From assembly GCA_016927655.1 (NCBI GenBank), contig JAFGMG010000001.1:179599-243598 (forward strand): a stretch of 64,000 nucleotides of DNA. The letters are read 5' to 3'. The position numbers and the translations under genes were made by a program. Below are positions 31,182-40,398 of this stretch, piece after piece. The stretch is from Candidatus Dojkabacteria bacterium (GTDB lineage Bacteria; Patescibacteriota; Dojkabacteria; B142; JAFGMG01). How positions within the stretch are numbered: the first letter of the stretch is position 1; each line of letters begins with the position of its first letter. The notes under the pieces are model-generated. The model did no database searches, was not told the DNA's origin, and saw only the letters and a list, made by a program, of their open reading frames with translations.

Positions 31182-32296
31182 ATTAAAATTTCGTCTAGGT
31201 CATATATTGTGCTCATCTTTCCGGATAAAACACTTGTAAAATTGGGGCTTTTATTTGCTTGTACTATAACAGTAGGCCTTGAGTCATCTACTTCAGAAGA
31301 CTGAAGAACCGGCTTAAGTGTGTACAATGATTCTTTATAATTATAGCTTATTTCCGGAACCAAATATTTTTTCGCTAACTGGCTCATATATTTCCATGCT
31401 GTTGCTGGTTTTCTGCTCTGCTTTACCCCTTTGTTATTAGGCTTAAGGAATTTAAAGTCCGGGAGATCTGCTTTGCTGCTCTTATGTGGAGTAAATGAAA
31501 CAGATGTCAGAGAGTGGTTCTTAGAAAGGCCAAAAGGCATTAGAGAAAAAAAAGGACCATCCATCACAGTCAGTCCGATATTTTTAATGTTGTTGCTCAC
31601 ATCACAGATAATTACTTCGCAGTATTCATACTTTATCGGGAAGTATTCATAGCCGAAGACCTTTAGCACTTCGTTTATCCCGGCATACGTTAAATTCAGC
31701 ACATTTGGAGTAAGAATCTTCTCGCCTGTATTTAGCCTCAAAAAGTATTTATCATTTTTTATTATCGCTTTCTTTACGATCGTATTTAAAGAGATGTCAG
31801 CCTTCTCGTATTTTGATAGTTCACTTAAGAAATACTCCCTAATCTTGATTGCGTCATAAGAATACTCATGTGTTTTAAAAGCCGCTTCTACAAACCCCTC
31901 ATTAAAGTATTTTGATGAGTCTATCTCTTCACACTCAACTCCAATATTGCTGCAGAACTTTTTATAACTTGCTGCATTTGTATGCGAGAAGACACTCGAT
32001 ATTGCATATATTTTGGAAAATTCTTTATTGATTGCAAAATCAAAATCTCTGGAGAATTTTTCGAAGTATTGAATTGTTTTTTGTGCTGTTGCAACACTTC
32101 GCGGATAATGATACCCCTTATGCAGCCTTGCCTGATTTACATACGAGCCCGCATTCAATGGAAGATTGGTTTTTTCAATCATTAAAACACTACGACCTTT
32201 CCTGGCTAACTTCTCGGCAGCATATAAGCCAAATATTCCAGCCCCGATTATTACATAGTCATATTCTTTTTGATTATAATATTCCTCTGTAGGCAT
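31178..32296 (-). CDS. FAD-dependent oxidoreductase (DAO/Rossmann family)
   Basis: IIGAGIFG, GSYVNQARLHKGYHYPRS, MDGPFFSLMP, SGK. Confidence 0.8.
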   Translation of the reverse strand: MPTEEYYNQKEYDYVIIGAGIFGLYAAEKLARKGRSVLMIEKTNLPLNAGSYVNQARLHKGYHYPRSVATAQKTIQYFEKFSRDFDFAINKEFSKIYAISSVFSHTNAASYKKFCSNIGVECEEIDSSKYFNEGFVEAAFKTHEYSYDAIKIREYFLSELSKYEKADISLNTIVKKAIIKNDKYFLRLNTGEKILTPNVLNLTYAGINEVLKVFGYEYFPIKYEYCEVIICDVSNNIKNIGLTVMDGPFFSLMPFGLSKNHSLTSVSFTPHKSSKADLPDFKFLKPNNKGVKQSRKPATAWKYMSQLAKKYLVPEISYNYKESLYTLKPVLQSSEVDDSRPTVIVQANKSPNFTSVLSGKMSTIYDLDEILI

Positions 32297-32383
32297 AAAA
32301 TGCAGTCTGGGGCAGAATTAACTCTTAGTATTTTTAAAGGCTTTGTAGTATCATTAGCGCACGTAATCATAACACGAATCCTT

Positions 32384-35305
32384 ATGAAAAATAAGCAACC
32401 GAAGGTAAGCGTGATCATAACTTACTTTAACATGCAAAACTATATTGATTTTGCATTAAAAAGTGTTTTTAAACAAACTTATCCTAATATTGAAATTATT
32501 CTTGTCGATGATGGGTCGCCAGATATCGAAGCAATAAAAAAACTCGAGAAACTTCAGACAACTTATAAAAATCGCGTCTTATTTATAAACCAAAAAAACA
32601 AAGGTCTGCCTGCTGCTAGAAACACCGGGATAAAAAGCTCCAAAGGAGATTTTCTGTGTTGTCTCGATGCCGATGATATTCTTGAACCTAGTTTTATTGA
32701 AAAGGCAATCGAGAGTTATAAGACAAATCCCGAAGTTTCAATTGTCACTTCCTGGATGTCAACATTTGGAGAATATGAAACAACGTATCAATTTAATTCT
32801 ACTGATTTAAGAGATCTACTGAAGGAGAATATCCTCCATGTCTCCTCAATATTTAAGAAAGATGTGTGGGAAAAAGTCGGCGGCTTTGATGAAAATTTTA
32901 TTAACGGCTTTGACGACTGGGAATTTTGGATAAATGCAGCCAAGCATGACTTCAAATGGATGATTATTCCAGAAGTCCTTTTCAATTACAGGATAAGGAA
33001 AAACTCGATGAGTTCCCAGATTGAAAAGAACACCGCAAGGGAAATCGGCTTATATAACAGGCTTTATACAAAGCATATCAGCTTATTTAAAAAATATGCT
33101 CTCGATATTTTAATATCCAAGGATTTCAGCATAAGCTGGCATAAAGGGCAATTGCGTATCCTGAAAGAAAGCCAACCTAAAAATGAGGAGAATAAAGATA
33201 AACAAGAAGAATCTGCCAATATTGACGAAACCCTGGAGATTGTCAAAACAAATAGCCTGATTCTCCAACGTTTTAATGGGGTGCTTAATAGGACGGAACG
33301 TTATCTAAAAATGTTTGGACTATATATATTGATTCGAATAGTCCGTCGCACAAGACATATTTTGAAATATAAAGAATATCCATTCTTACCTAAGCGTTAC
33401 GGCCAAATGGCAGATACCGGGATTTATAACCGCAACAAGCCATTGGTGAGCGTCATTATTCCCTGCTTCAATTATGGAGCATACATCCAGGAAGCTGTCT
33501 CAAGTGTCAAATCACAATCCTGGAACAATCTTGAGATAATAATTGTTAACGATAAATCAACTGAAAAGGAAACGATAAATATATTAAAGAAACTAAAAAA
33601 AGATCCTGGGATAAAACTGCTTGAGAATAAAGAAAATTCCGGAGTTGTATATACAAGAAACAGAGGAATAAAGGAAGCCCGGGGAAAATATATTTTATGT
33701 CTTGACGCAGATGACAAACTTGATCCATCTTATATTGAAAAATGTATCTGGGTTTTTGAGAGGAATCCGCAAATTGGAGTTGTTTATTCAGATTTGCAGA
33801 TGTTCGGGAATTCAAATGATTTTTATAAATTTGGAAATTTTGATATAAGGGCGCTTATGAAGTGGAATCAAGTTACAACAGCGGCAATGTTTAGGAAAGT
33901 CTGTTGGGAACAGACTGGTGGATATAAAGAGGAAATGCGTTATGGGCATGAGGATTGGGAGTTGTGGCTTTCGATAGCTGAAAAAGGCTGGGAAGGCTAC
34001 AAAATACCCGAGCCATTATTTTTTTACCGCACACACTCCAAATCAAGTCTAAGTCATAAAGCCTTAGAAATAAATAACAATCTAATTTCAAGAATTAAGA
34101 CTCTACATACTCCCCTTTATTCACTCCCAAATCCATACAAGATTCGTAAAAAAGTTTTTCCACTGAAATCGGTCAAAGATAATAAAATTAACTATGATAA
34201 ACCAGAAAGCAAGAAGAATGTGGTTTTACTTTTCGTACCCTTTGTAATAGCCGGTGGCGCCGAAAAACTATGGGCGAATATTGCTCAGGAAATCAGTAAA
34301 TCCGGTTACAAGATTTTAATTATTGGAACAAATGAAGCCGAACAGGAAATATATCCCGAACTTCTTGAAAATACGATTGGTATCTTTAATCTAAAAAAGT
34401 TTGCCGCTAAAAAAGATTGGGAAAAATTTATTTTCTCACAGATTAAAAAATACTCCGTACGAAACGTAATAATAAGCAATAATGCCTACGTTTATAAGAA
34501 CACTAAATTGCTGAAAGCTTTAAGAGCAAAAGACATAAAAGTCATGGATATTGTATACAATGATAGTGCATATGGATTTCTGGACCAATCAATAAAAATC
34601 GATAGACTTTTAGACAGACATTTCGTAAACAATCCAGAAATTATTAAATCTTATAAAAAAGCAGGAATAGACCCTCAAAAAACTAACTTCATACCCTCAT
34701 GTGTAAACCTGAAAAATTACGATTATAAAAAATACAATTCAGTAAAGTTAAGGACAAAATTCAAGGCGAATAGAGATAATTTCTTGATTACCTATATTGG
34801 AAGATTATCGCCAGAAAAAAATGTCGAGTCTTTAGTACAAGCAATCAGTGACCTGCGAGTACAAAAAAGCCCACTTGGTAAAAGAATCCGGCTCAATATA
34901 ATAGGCAGCGGGATGCAGGAAAAACATCTTAAAAAATTAGCCAAAAAACTATCTATTTCTAAACAGGTCCATTTTTTTCCCTTTACAAGCAAAGTTCAAG
35001 AATTCTATGCTGCAAGTGATCTTTTTGCTCTTGTCTCGACAATTGACGGGTTTCCTTTGACTATAATTGAATCCGTGGCAATGGGGGTTCCTGTTCTTGC
35101 TACGAATATTGGCGCAAAAAAGAACCTGCTCAAACACAAGCAGAATGGCTATTTGATAGAAAGCCCTGATAGATTTGCAATCTCGAAGGCACTTGAAGAT
35201 ATATATAATAATGATTATTTCCTTGATAGAGCCTCAATTCGTGAATCAGCAAAAGAATACAACGTGGATAAAGTAGCTGGGATTCTACTAAAAGAGTTAA
35301 AGTGA
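32384..35305 (+). CDS. GT2-GT2-GT4 multidomain glycosyltransferase (possible glycan polymerase)
   Basis: Two GT2 modules (VDDGS/LDADD/DDWEFW; VNDKS/LDADD/EDWELW) plus GT4 (GGAE, GRLSPEK, DGFPLTIIESVAMG); start reassigned to ATG 32384. Confidence 0.88.
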   Translation: MKNKQPKVSVIITYFNMQNYIDFALKSVFKQTYPNIEIILVDDGSPDIEAIKKLEKLQTTYKNRVLFINQKNKGLPAARNTGIKSSKGDFLCCLDADDILEPSFIEKAIESYKTNPEVSIVTSWMSTFGEYETTYQFNSTDLRDLLKENILHVSSIFKKDVWEKVGGFDENFINGFDDWEFWINAAKHDFKWMIIPEVLFNYRIRKNSMSSQIEKNTAREIGLYNRLYTKHISLFKKYALDILISKDFSISWHKGQLRILKESQPKNEENKDKQEESANIDETLEIVKTNSLILQRFNGVLNRTERYLKMFGLYILIRIVRRTRHILKYKEYPFLPKRYGQMADTGIYNRNKPLVSVIIPCFNYGAYIQEAVSSVKSQSWNNLEIIIVNDKSTEKETINILKKLKKDPGIKLLENKENSGVVYTRNRGIKEARGKYILCLDADDKLDPSYIEKCIWVFERNPQIGVVYSDLQMFGNSNDFYKFGNFDIRALMKWNQVTTAAMFRKVCWEQTGGYKEEMRYGHEDWELWLSIAEKGWEGYKIPEPLFFYRTHSKSSLSHKALEINNNLISRIKTLHTPLYSLPNPYKIRKKVFPLKSVKDNKINYDKPESKKNVVLLFVPFVIAGGAEKLWANIAQEISKSGYKILIIGTNEAEQEIYPELLENTIGIFNLKKFAAKKDWEKFIFSQIKKYSVRNVIISNNAYVYKNTKLLKALRAKDIKVMDIVYNDSAYGFLDQSIKIDRLLDRHFVNNPEIIKSYKKAGIDPQKTNFIPSCVNLKNYDYKKYNSVKLRTKFKANRDNFLITYIGRLSPEKNVESLVQAISDLRVQKSPLGKRIRLNIIGSGMQEKHLKKLAKKLSISKQVHFFPFTSKVQEFYAASDLFALVSTIDGFPLTIIESVAMGVPVLATNIGAKKNLLKHKQNGYLIESPDRFAISKALEDIYNNDYFLDRASIRESAKEYNVDKVAGILLKELK

Positions 35306-36154
35306 GATTTTTCTGAAACTTTTTCCGGGGAAAACTTCTTGTGTTTTTAAATTATCAGCAAAAACAATTGATTCGTCTTTCAACGGAACTATTTTGTAGT
35401 CCAATTCCCAGCCTAATTTAGCAGCAAGATTTATCAAATCACTATTATAAAAAGCTCTGCTTGTACCTAAGTTTATTACATTAAAAATTTGTTTTTCTTG
35501 CAGCGTCAAAGCCTTTATTAAAAAATCAATCACGTCGTCGATATGAATATAATCCCGCGCAAATTTATCAAGCTCATACAAATTTATCTGCTCTTTTGAT
35601 TTGCGGGCTCTTTTAAGTTTATTTATCAAGGATTCTTCAAATCCAGGTCCGTATATATTGAAAATCCGGAAAATGATCACCTGCATTTTTGATGTGGGGG
35701 CGATCCTTTCCAGCTCCTGCTCCGCAAGAAACTTTGTTTTACCATAATTACTTTGCGGATTTGCATCTGATTCTTTCAAGGCGGTCTTTGAATTTTGAGG
35801 ATAAACAGCCGATGTAGATGAAAAGATAAATCTCTTTGTTTGATTATCTGCACATATCTTAGCTAGATCTTTTGTTGCCTGAGTATTTATTTTGTATGCC
35901 AGGTCATAATTTTTTTGACATTGGTCTGGCAGCAATCCCCCTAGATGAATGACTGCATCAGGTTTTTCTTTTGAGACAACCTTTTGTATCTGTTCTGGCT
36001 TGGTAAGATCTGCTTGATAATATACTGTATTTCCAAAAACTCTCCTTGGCTTTTCTTCTATTGAAGTTAGAATTAAGAAATGTCCCTTAGTGTTCAGCTT
36101 TTGGATCAAATGCTGCCCTATTCTTCCATTTGCACCAGTAATTAATATTTTCAT
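35297..36154 (-). CDS. NAD-dependent epimerase/dehydratase (possible 4-keto-sugar reductase)
   Basis: ITGANGRIG, FSSTSAVY, YGKTK, RIFNIYGP, RDYIHIDD. Confidence 0.85.
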   Translation of the reverse strand: MKILITGANGRIGQHLIQKLNTKGHFLILTSIEEKPRRVFGNTVYYQADLTKPEQIQKVVSKEKPDAVIHLGGLLPDQCQKNYDLAYKINTQATKDLAKICADNQTKRFIFSSTSAVYPQNSKTALKESDANPQSNYGKTKFLAEQELERIAPTSKMQVIIFRIFNIYGPGFEESLINKLKRARKSKEQINLYELDKFARDYIHIDDVIDFLIKALTLQEKQIFNVINLGTSRAFYNSDLINLAAKLGWELDYKIVPLKDESIVFADNLKTQEVFPGKSFRKISL

Positions 36155-37537
36155 CTATTTCTTGATTTTGAAACCTAATTTACGCAATTTATCAATTACT
36201 TCTTCATTGCCCAGATCATAAACTGAAGTTTTTTTAAGCAATTGATTGATTTTTGTTTCAATGTCTTTTGATCTTGTAATATCCTCTCCGTTTACAACAA
36301 AAATCTGGTTGTGGCGGGTTTTTTTGACATGTTCTTTATCAAAATATAGCTCTTCATACATTTTCTCTCCGGATCTCAGCCCGATTGTCTTTATTTCTAT
36401 ATCTTTCTTTGCAAGTCTTACCATCAATTCGGCCAATTCCCTGACTTTTATAGGATCCCCCATATCGAGAACAAATATTTCTCCATTATTGCTCAAAATT
36501 GCTGCCTGGATTATTAATTGAGCCGCCTCTTCTTTTGTCATAAAAAATCTTGTTATTTCTTTGTGTGTTAGCGTAATAGGACCGCCTTTTTCTATCTGCC
36601 TTTTGAACAGCTGGACTACACTTCCATTGCTCTCAAGGACATTTCCAAACCTGACGGAAGAAATTTTGGTGTTGCTTTGTTTTCTGCTGCGATTTTGTAA
36701 AAGTATCTCCACAACCCTCTTCGTTGTACCCATGACATTTACGGGATTGACAGCCTTATCTGTAGAAACATTTACAAAACATTTCACTTTGTGTTTAATT
36801 GCTGTATCAATTAAATTTAACGAACCAAGAACGTTGTTATTAACGGCTTCCAGGCTATTTTCCTGCATTAGAGGCACATGCTTATAAGCAGCAGCATGAA
36901 AAACAAAATCCGGTTTATGTTTAGAAAATATCTGCTCCAATCGTTTTTTATCGCGGATATTTGCAATATAGTAGGTAACACTCCTTTTATTTCCTACTTC
37001 ATGCTGTAGATAGAAAATTCCGCTTTCCCAGAAGTCTACGCATATTATTTCTTTCGGCTTTAAAAGCAATACCTGCTGGACCAATTCAGAGCCAATTGAA
37101 CCAGCTGCCCCCGTGATAAGGATTTTCTTTCCCTCAATCTCTTTTTTAGCCAAAAACAGATCCTGCTTTACAGGTTCACGCCCGATTAAATGCAAAATAT
37201 CAACATCTCGAAGATCGTTAATTGATACCTCTTCGTCTGAAATGATCCGGAAAGATCTTGGAACAATTAAAAGATGGACTTTTTTTGATTCGACAGAGTT
37301 GATAAATTTTCGCACCTTCTCAGGCGAAGCTGAGGGAATTGAGAAATATATATCTGTGATTTTCTCTTTGCTTATTAACATATTTACATCAGAGAGATTC
37401 CCCAGTTTTTTAAAACCAGCATTGCTTTTGATATCAGCGTCATCGACAAAGCCCACAACCTTGTATCCATGCTTTTTAAGATTTCTTGCTAGGGAGCGCC
37501 CTGCAACTCCGGCTCCTACAATTAATATTCGCTGCAT
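36155..37537 (-). CDS. CapD/PglF-type UDP-GlcNAc 4,6-dehydratase lacking the N-terminal TM region
   Basis: IVGAGVAG domain, LIGREPV, TGAAGSIGSEL, FHAAAYKHVP, STDKAVNPVNVMGTTK, VRFGNVL, GEKMYEEL. Confidence 0.88.
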   Translation of the reverse strand: MQRILIVGAGVAGRSLARNLKKHGYKVVGFVDDADIKSNAGFKKLGNLSDVNMLISKEKITDIYFSIPSASPEKVRKFINSVESKKVHLLIVPRSFRIISDEEVSINDLRDVDILHLIGREPVKQDLFLAKKEIEGKKILITGAAGSIGSELVQQVLLLKPKEIICVDFWESGIFYLQHEVGNKRSVTYYIANIRDKKRLEQIFSKHKPDFVFHAAAYKHVPLMQENSLEAVNNNVLGSLNLIDTAIKHKVKCFVNVSTDKAVNPVNVMGTTKRVVEILLQNRSRKQSNTKISSVRFGNVLESNGSVVQLFKRQIEKGGPITLTHKEITRFFMTKEEAAQLIIQAAILSNNGEIFVLDMGDPIKVRELAELMVRLAKKDIEIKTIGLRSGEKMYEELYFDKEHVKKTRHNQIFVVNGEDITRSKDIETKINQLLKKTSVYDLGNEEVIDKLRKLGFKIKK

Positions 37538-37551
37538 AATGAGATAAATAA

Positions 37552-38322
37552 CTACATTAAGCTTGTAATGAAATCATCAACAATTTCTCCAGGTTCTCCC
37601 ATCTGTTCTATCCTGCCGCCTTTTAACCAAATCACTCTATCAGCTAGATTTTTAACAGACTCCAAATCGTGCGAAACATACAAAACAGTAACTCCAGTAT
37701 TTATTAGTTCGGAAATTTTACCCATACTCTTTCTGCTAAATCCCGCATCTCCAACTGCAAGAACCTCATCAAGCAGATATATATCTGCTTTTGCTTGAAT
37801 TGCTATTGCAAAAGCTAATCGCACTGCCATACCGCTTGAATAGTTTTTTATCGGTGTATCTGCAAATTCCTCCACCTCGGCAAAAGCAAGTATTTCCTGA
37901 ACTTTTGTCCTGAGGAATTTCTTAGACATTCCAAGGATTGTTCCATTCAAAAATATATTTTCTCTAGCAGAAAGTTCAGGGTTAAAACCTACCCCAAGCT
38001 CTAAGAATGGAACAAGTTGCCCGTGAATTTTGATCTCTCCTTTGTTTGGAGCATATATTCCGGCAATTAATTTGAGCAAGGTGCTTTTCCCACTTCCGTT
38101 TTTTCCGACAATACCAACGAACTCTCCCTTTTTCACCGTGAAAGTTATATCGCTTAATGCATCAAATTTTCTTCCCTGCTTTTTGAAAAGTTTCCAGGGT
38201 TGAAGAAAATATCCCTTGAAGCTATTGATCCTTTCATCTGGTATCCAAAAGGATTTATCAACGTCTTTTACTTCAAGAACAACATCATCATTTTCTTTTT
38301 GAGTTTTGCTGTTGAATATCAT
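37552..38322 (-). CDS. wzt: ABC polysaccharide exporter ATP-binding subunit (no C-terminal CBM)
   Basis: GKNGSGKST, LELGVGFNPELSAREN, YSSGMAVRLAF, LLDEVLAVGD, VSHD. Confidence 0.92.
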   Translation of the reverse strand: MIFNSKTQKENDDVVLEVKDVDKSFWIPDERINSFKGYFLQPWKLFKKQGRKFDALSDITFTVKKGEFVGIVGKNGSGKSTLLKLIAGIYAPNKGEIKIHGQLVPFLELGVGFNPELSARENIFLNGTILGMSKKFLRTKVQEILAFAEVEEFADTPIKNYSSGMAVRLAFAIAIQAKADIYLLDEVLAVGDAGFSRKSMGKISELINTGVTVLYVSHDLESVKNLADRVIWLKGGRIEQMGEPGEIVDDFITSLM

Positions 38323-38344
38323 AGTAGATTTGGGAAAGATTTTA

Positions 38345-39544
38345 TCATTTACCCTTATATAGTTCTAATAAAAATAACTCAAGCTGACTGCCCAAACTAT
38401 CAAGACTATAGTTTTTTTCAACCCAGTTTTTTGCATTTTTTGCGATCTCTCCTCTTTGTTCTGATCTGATAAAGTTTCTCAACACTTCATACCACTTCTC
38501 GCTCGATTCGACAATCATCCCAGTTTCCATGTTTTTAATTACCGAAGCTAGATCGCCCACCGCACTTGCTACAGTCGGGACTTCACACAAGGCTGCTTCA
38601 AGAAATTTGATTTCGCTTTTTCCTCGATTAAACTCGGTATTTTCAAGCGGGAGCAAATTGATATCAATACCCGCTAAAGTTTCCATATATTTTTCTCGGC
38701 TCATAAACGGCAGATGTTTTATTCTTGAGCTCAGACTACCTGTCGCGAATTTTCTTTTGTCGATTCTGCCGCCAAGCCACAGCTCAAAATTTTCGTCTTC
38801 TTCAAGAATATTTTTGACAGCAGGCCAGATAATTTCAAAGTCTCGATCATGCGTTTCTGAACCACTAAAATAGCCAAGTATTATTTTTTGATTTTCAGCC
38901 TTCAATTTCAGCCGTTTTCTTTTTTCATCTAAAATCCCATTTCTGTTTACGAAAACCTCGCCTTGAATATGTTTTTTCATATCTTCAGCTAGATATTTTG
39001 TACTTGCGATCCCAGCGTCAACCTCTTGCATTAGTGCCAGCATTCCATCTGCCCTTTTTAATAAAAGTTCTGCATCCTCAGAGAAAAGGGCTTTTGTATA
39101 ATCTAAATTCTCAATTAAATCCCTGCGATAAACAAAATCATCCACACTAAAAATCGTTTTAATCCCTCTTTGCCTGGCCTGCTCAAAAATTCCACAGACA
39201 GCACTTAAAGGCGTCCTATAAAAAACAATGTATTTATAATTGGCAACATCCACCCCTTCAGCAAATTTTTCAAAAACAATATCTACCTGCCAGCCTCTCA
39301 TCTCAAGCTGCCTGGCAGGAATTTCACATCTGTAATAAGACGTAGCATTTTTGGGTTCTCCGCTGACAAAGAGCAGACTTTCAACATTCAAGGCTTTCTT
39401 GCCCTTTTTTTGGGGTAAATGGTAATACCTTCCTAGTCGTATTTTCCTGTCAAAAAAAATAAACAGCCTCTTTATGAATTCTCCAACTCCATAATCTCGA
39501 ATTGTCTTATATGATTTATTAAGAAATCTTAACATCAAACTCAT
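38345..39544 (-). CDS. GT-B (GT4-like) glycosyltransferase
   Basis: YYRC, VDD, GYFSGSETHDRDF, DINLLPLE, FNRGKSEIKFLEAAL. Confidence 0.8.
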   Translation of the reverse strand: MSLMLRFLNKSYKTIRDYGVGEFIKRLFIFFDRKIRLGRYYHLPQKKGKKALNVESLLFVSGEPKNATSYYRCEIPARQLEMRGWQVDIVFEKFAEGVDVANYKYIVFYRTPLSAVCGIFEQARQRGIKTIFSVDDFVYRRDLIENLDYTKALFSEDAELLLKRADGMLALMQEVDAGIASTKYLAEDMKKHIQGEVFVNRNGILDEKRKRLKLKAENQKIILGYFSGSETHDRDFEIIWPAVKNILEEDENFELWLGGRIDKRKFATGSLSSRIKHLPFMSREKYMETLAGIDINLLPLENTEFNRGKSEIKFLEAALCEVPTVASAVGDLASVIKNMETGMIVESSEKWYEVLRNFIRSEQRGEIAKNAKNWVEKNYSLDSLGSQLELFLLELYKGK

Positions 39545-39558
39545 TCAATTAGATAAAC

Positions 39559-40359
39559 TTAGAAGAATTCTGCAACTTTCTTTACGCGGCTTTTAAAAAA
39601 TGCTCTTCCGATCAAAACAAACAATAAACTGATGATAAAAATCAACAGTACTTCATATAGATAGCTTATCTGCCCATTGATAAAAGTATTTCTTGCAGCT
39701 TGTATCAAAATATACAAAGGATTGAGTTCAAAAATCTCCCTTGCCGGAATTTCCTGAACAAAGAATATTGAGATTCTTTCTGGAACCAGGCTTATTGGGA
39801 AAAATATAGCCGACGCATAAAAAAGAAGCTGAAGTCCAATTTCTGTAATATGAAGTAGGTCTCTAAATCTTATGAAAATTACGCTTGTGAAAAAAGAAAT
39901 CCCCAGAGTCAAAATAGTCAGAGTTAATAGCACAAAGGCGAAGTAGGCTATCAGATCAAGTTCGAGATACACATCATTAAATAACAAAAATAATGCAAGA
40001 ATTAGCAGGTTTATTATAAGATTAATTCCTGCTAATACTTGATTGCTGTATACTGCGATAGTACGATTGAAATTTACCTTTAGGATGATATGCGCCTTTT
40101 CAAGCAGCGAATTCATCCCCATGACAATAGACTCGTTGAAATAGTTATATATAATTATTCCAATGAGCAGGTAAATCTGAAATGATTTTTGGTCCTGACC
40201 TCTTGAAACATTTGAAAAAACAATATACAGCATTCCAAATATCAGAAATGGCTTTAGAATTGCCCAAAAGAAACCAAGCAGGGAGTCATTATATTTAAGC
40301 TTGAAATTGGTTCTTACAAGCTCTATCAATAAATCTTTGTCGTTTGATGTGCGTTCCAT
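39559..40359 (-). CDS. wzm: ABC polysaccharide exporter permease
   Basis: FKLKYNDSLLGFFWAILKP, RD, FYASAIFFP, LNPL; six TM helices. Confidence 0.92.
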   Translation of the reverse strand: MERTSNDKDLLIELVRTNFKLKYNDSLLGFFWAILKPFLIFGMLYIVFSNVSRGQDQKSFQIYLLIGIIIYNYFNESIVMGMNSLLEKAHIILKVNFNRTIAVYSNQVLAGINLIINLLILALFLLFNDVYLELDLIAYFAFVLLTLTILTLGISFFTSVIFIRFRDLLHITEIGLQLLFYASAIFFPISLVPERISIFFVQEIPAREIFELNPLYILIQAARNTFINGQISYLYEVLLIFIISLLFVLIGRAFFKSRVKKVAEFF

Positions 40360-40398
40360 ACAAAAAAAGTATAAAATCTTCTATTCAAAATTAGAGAC

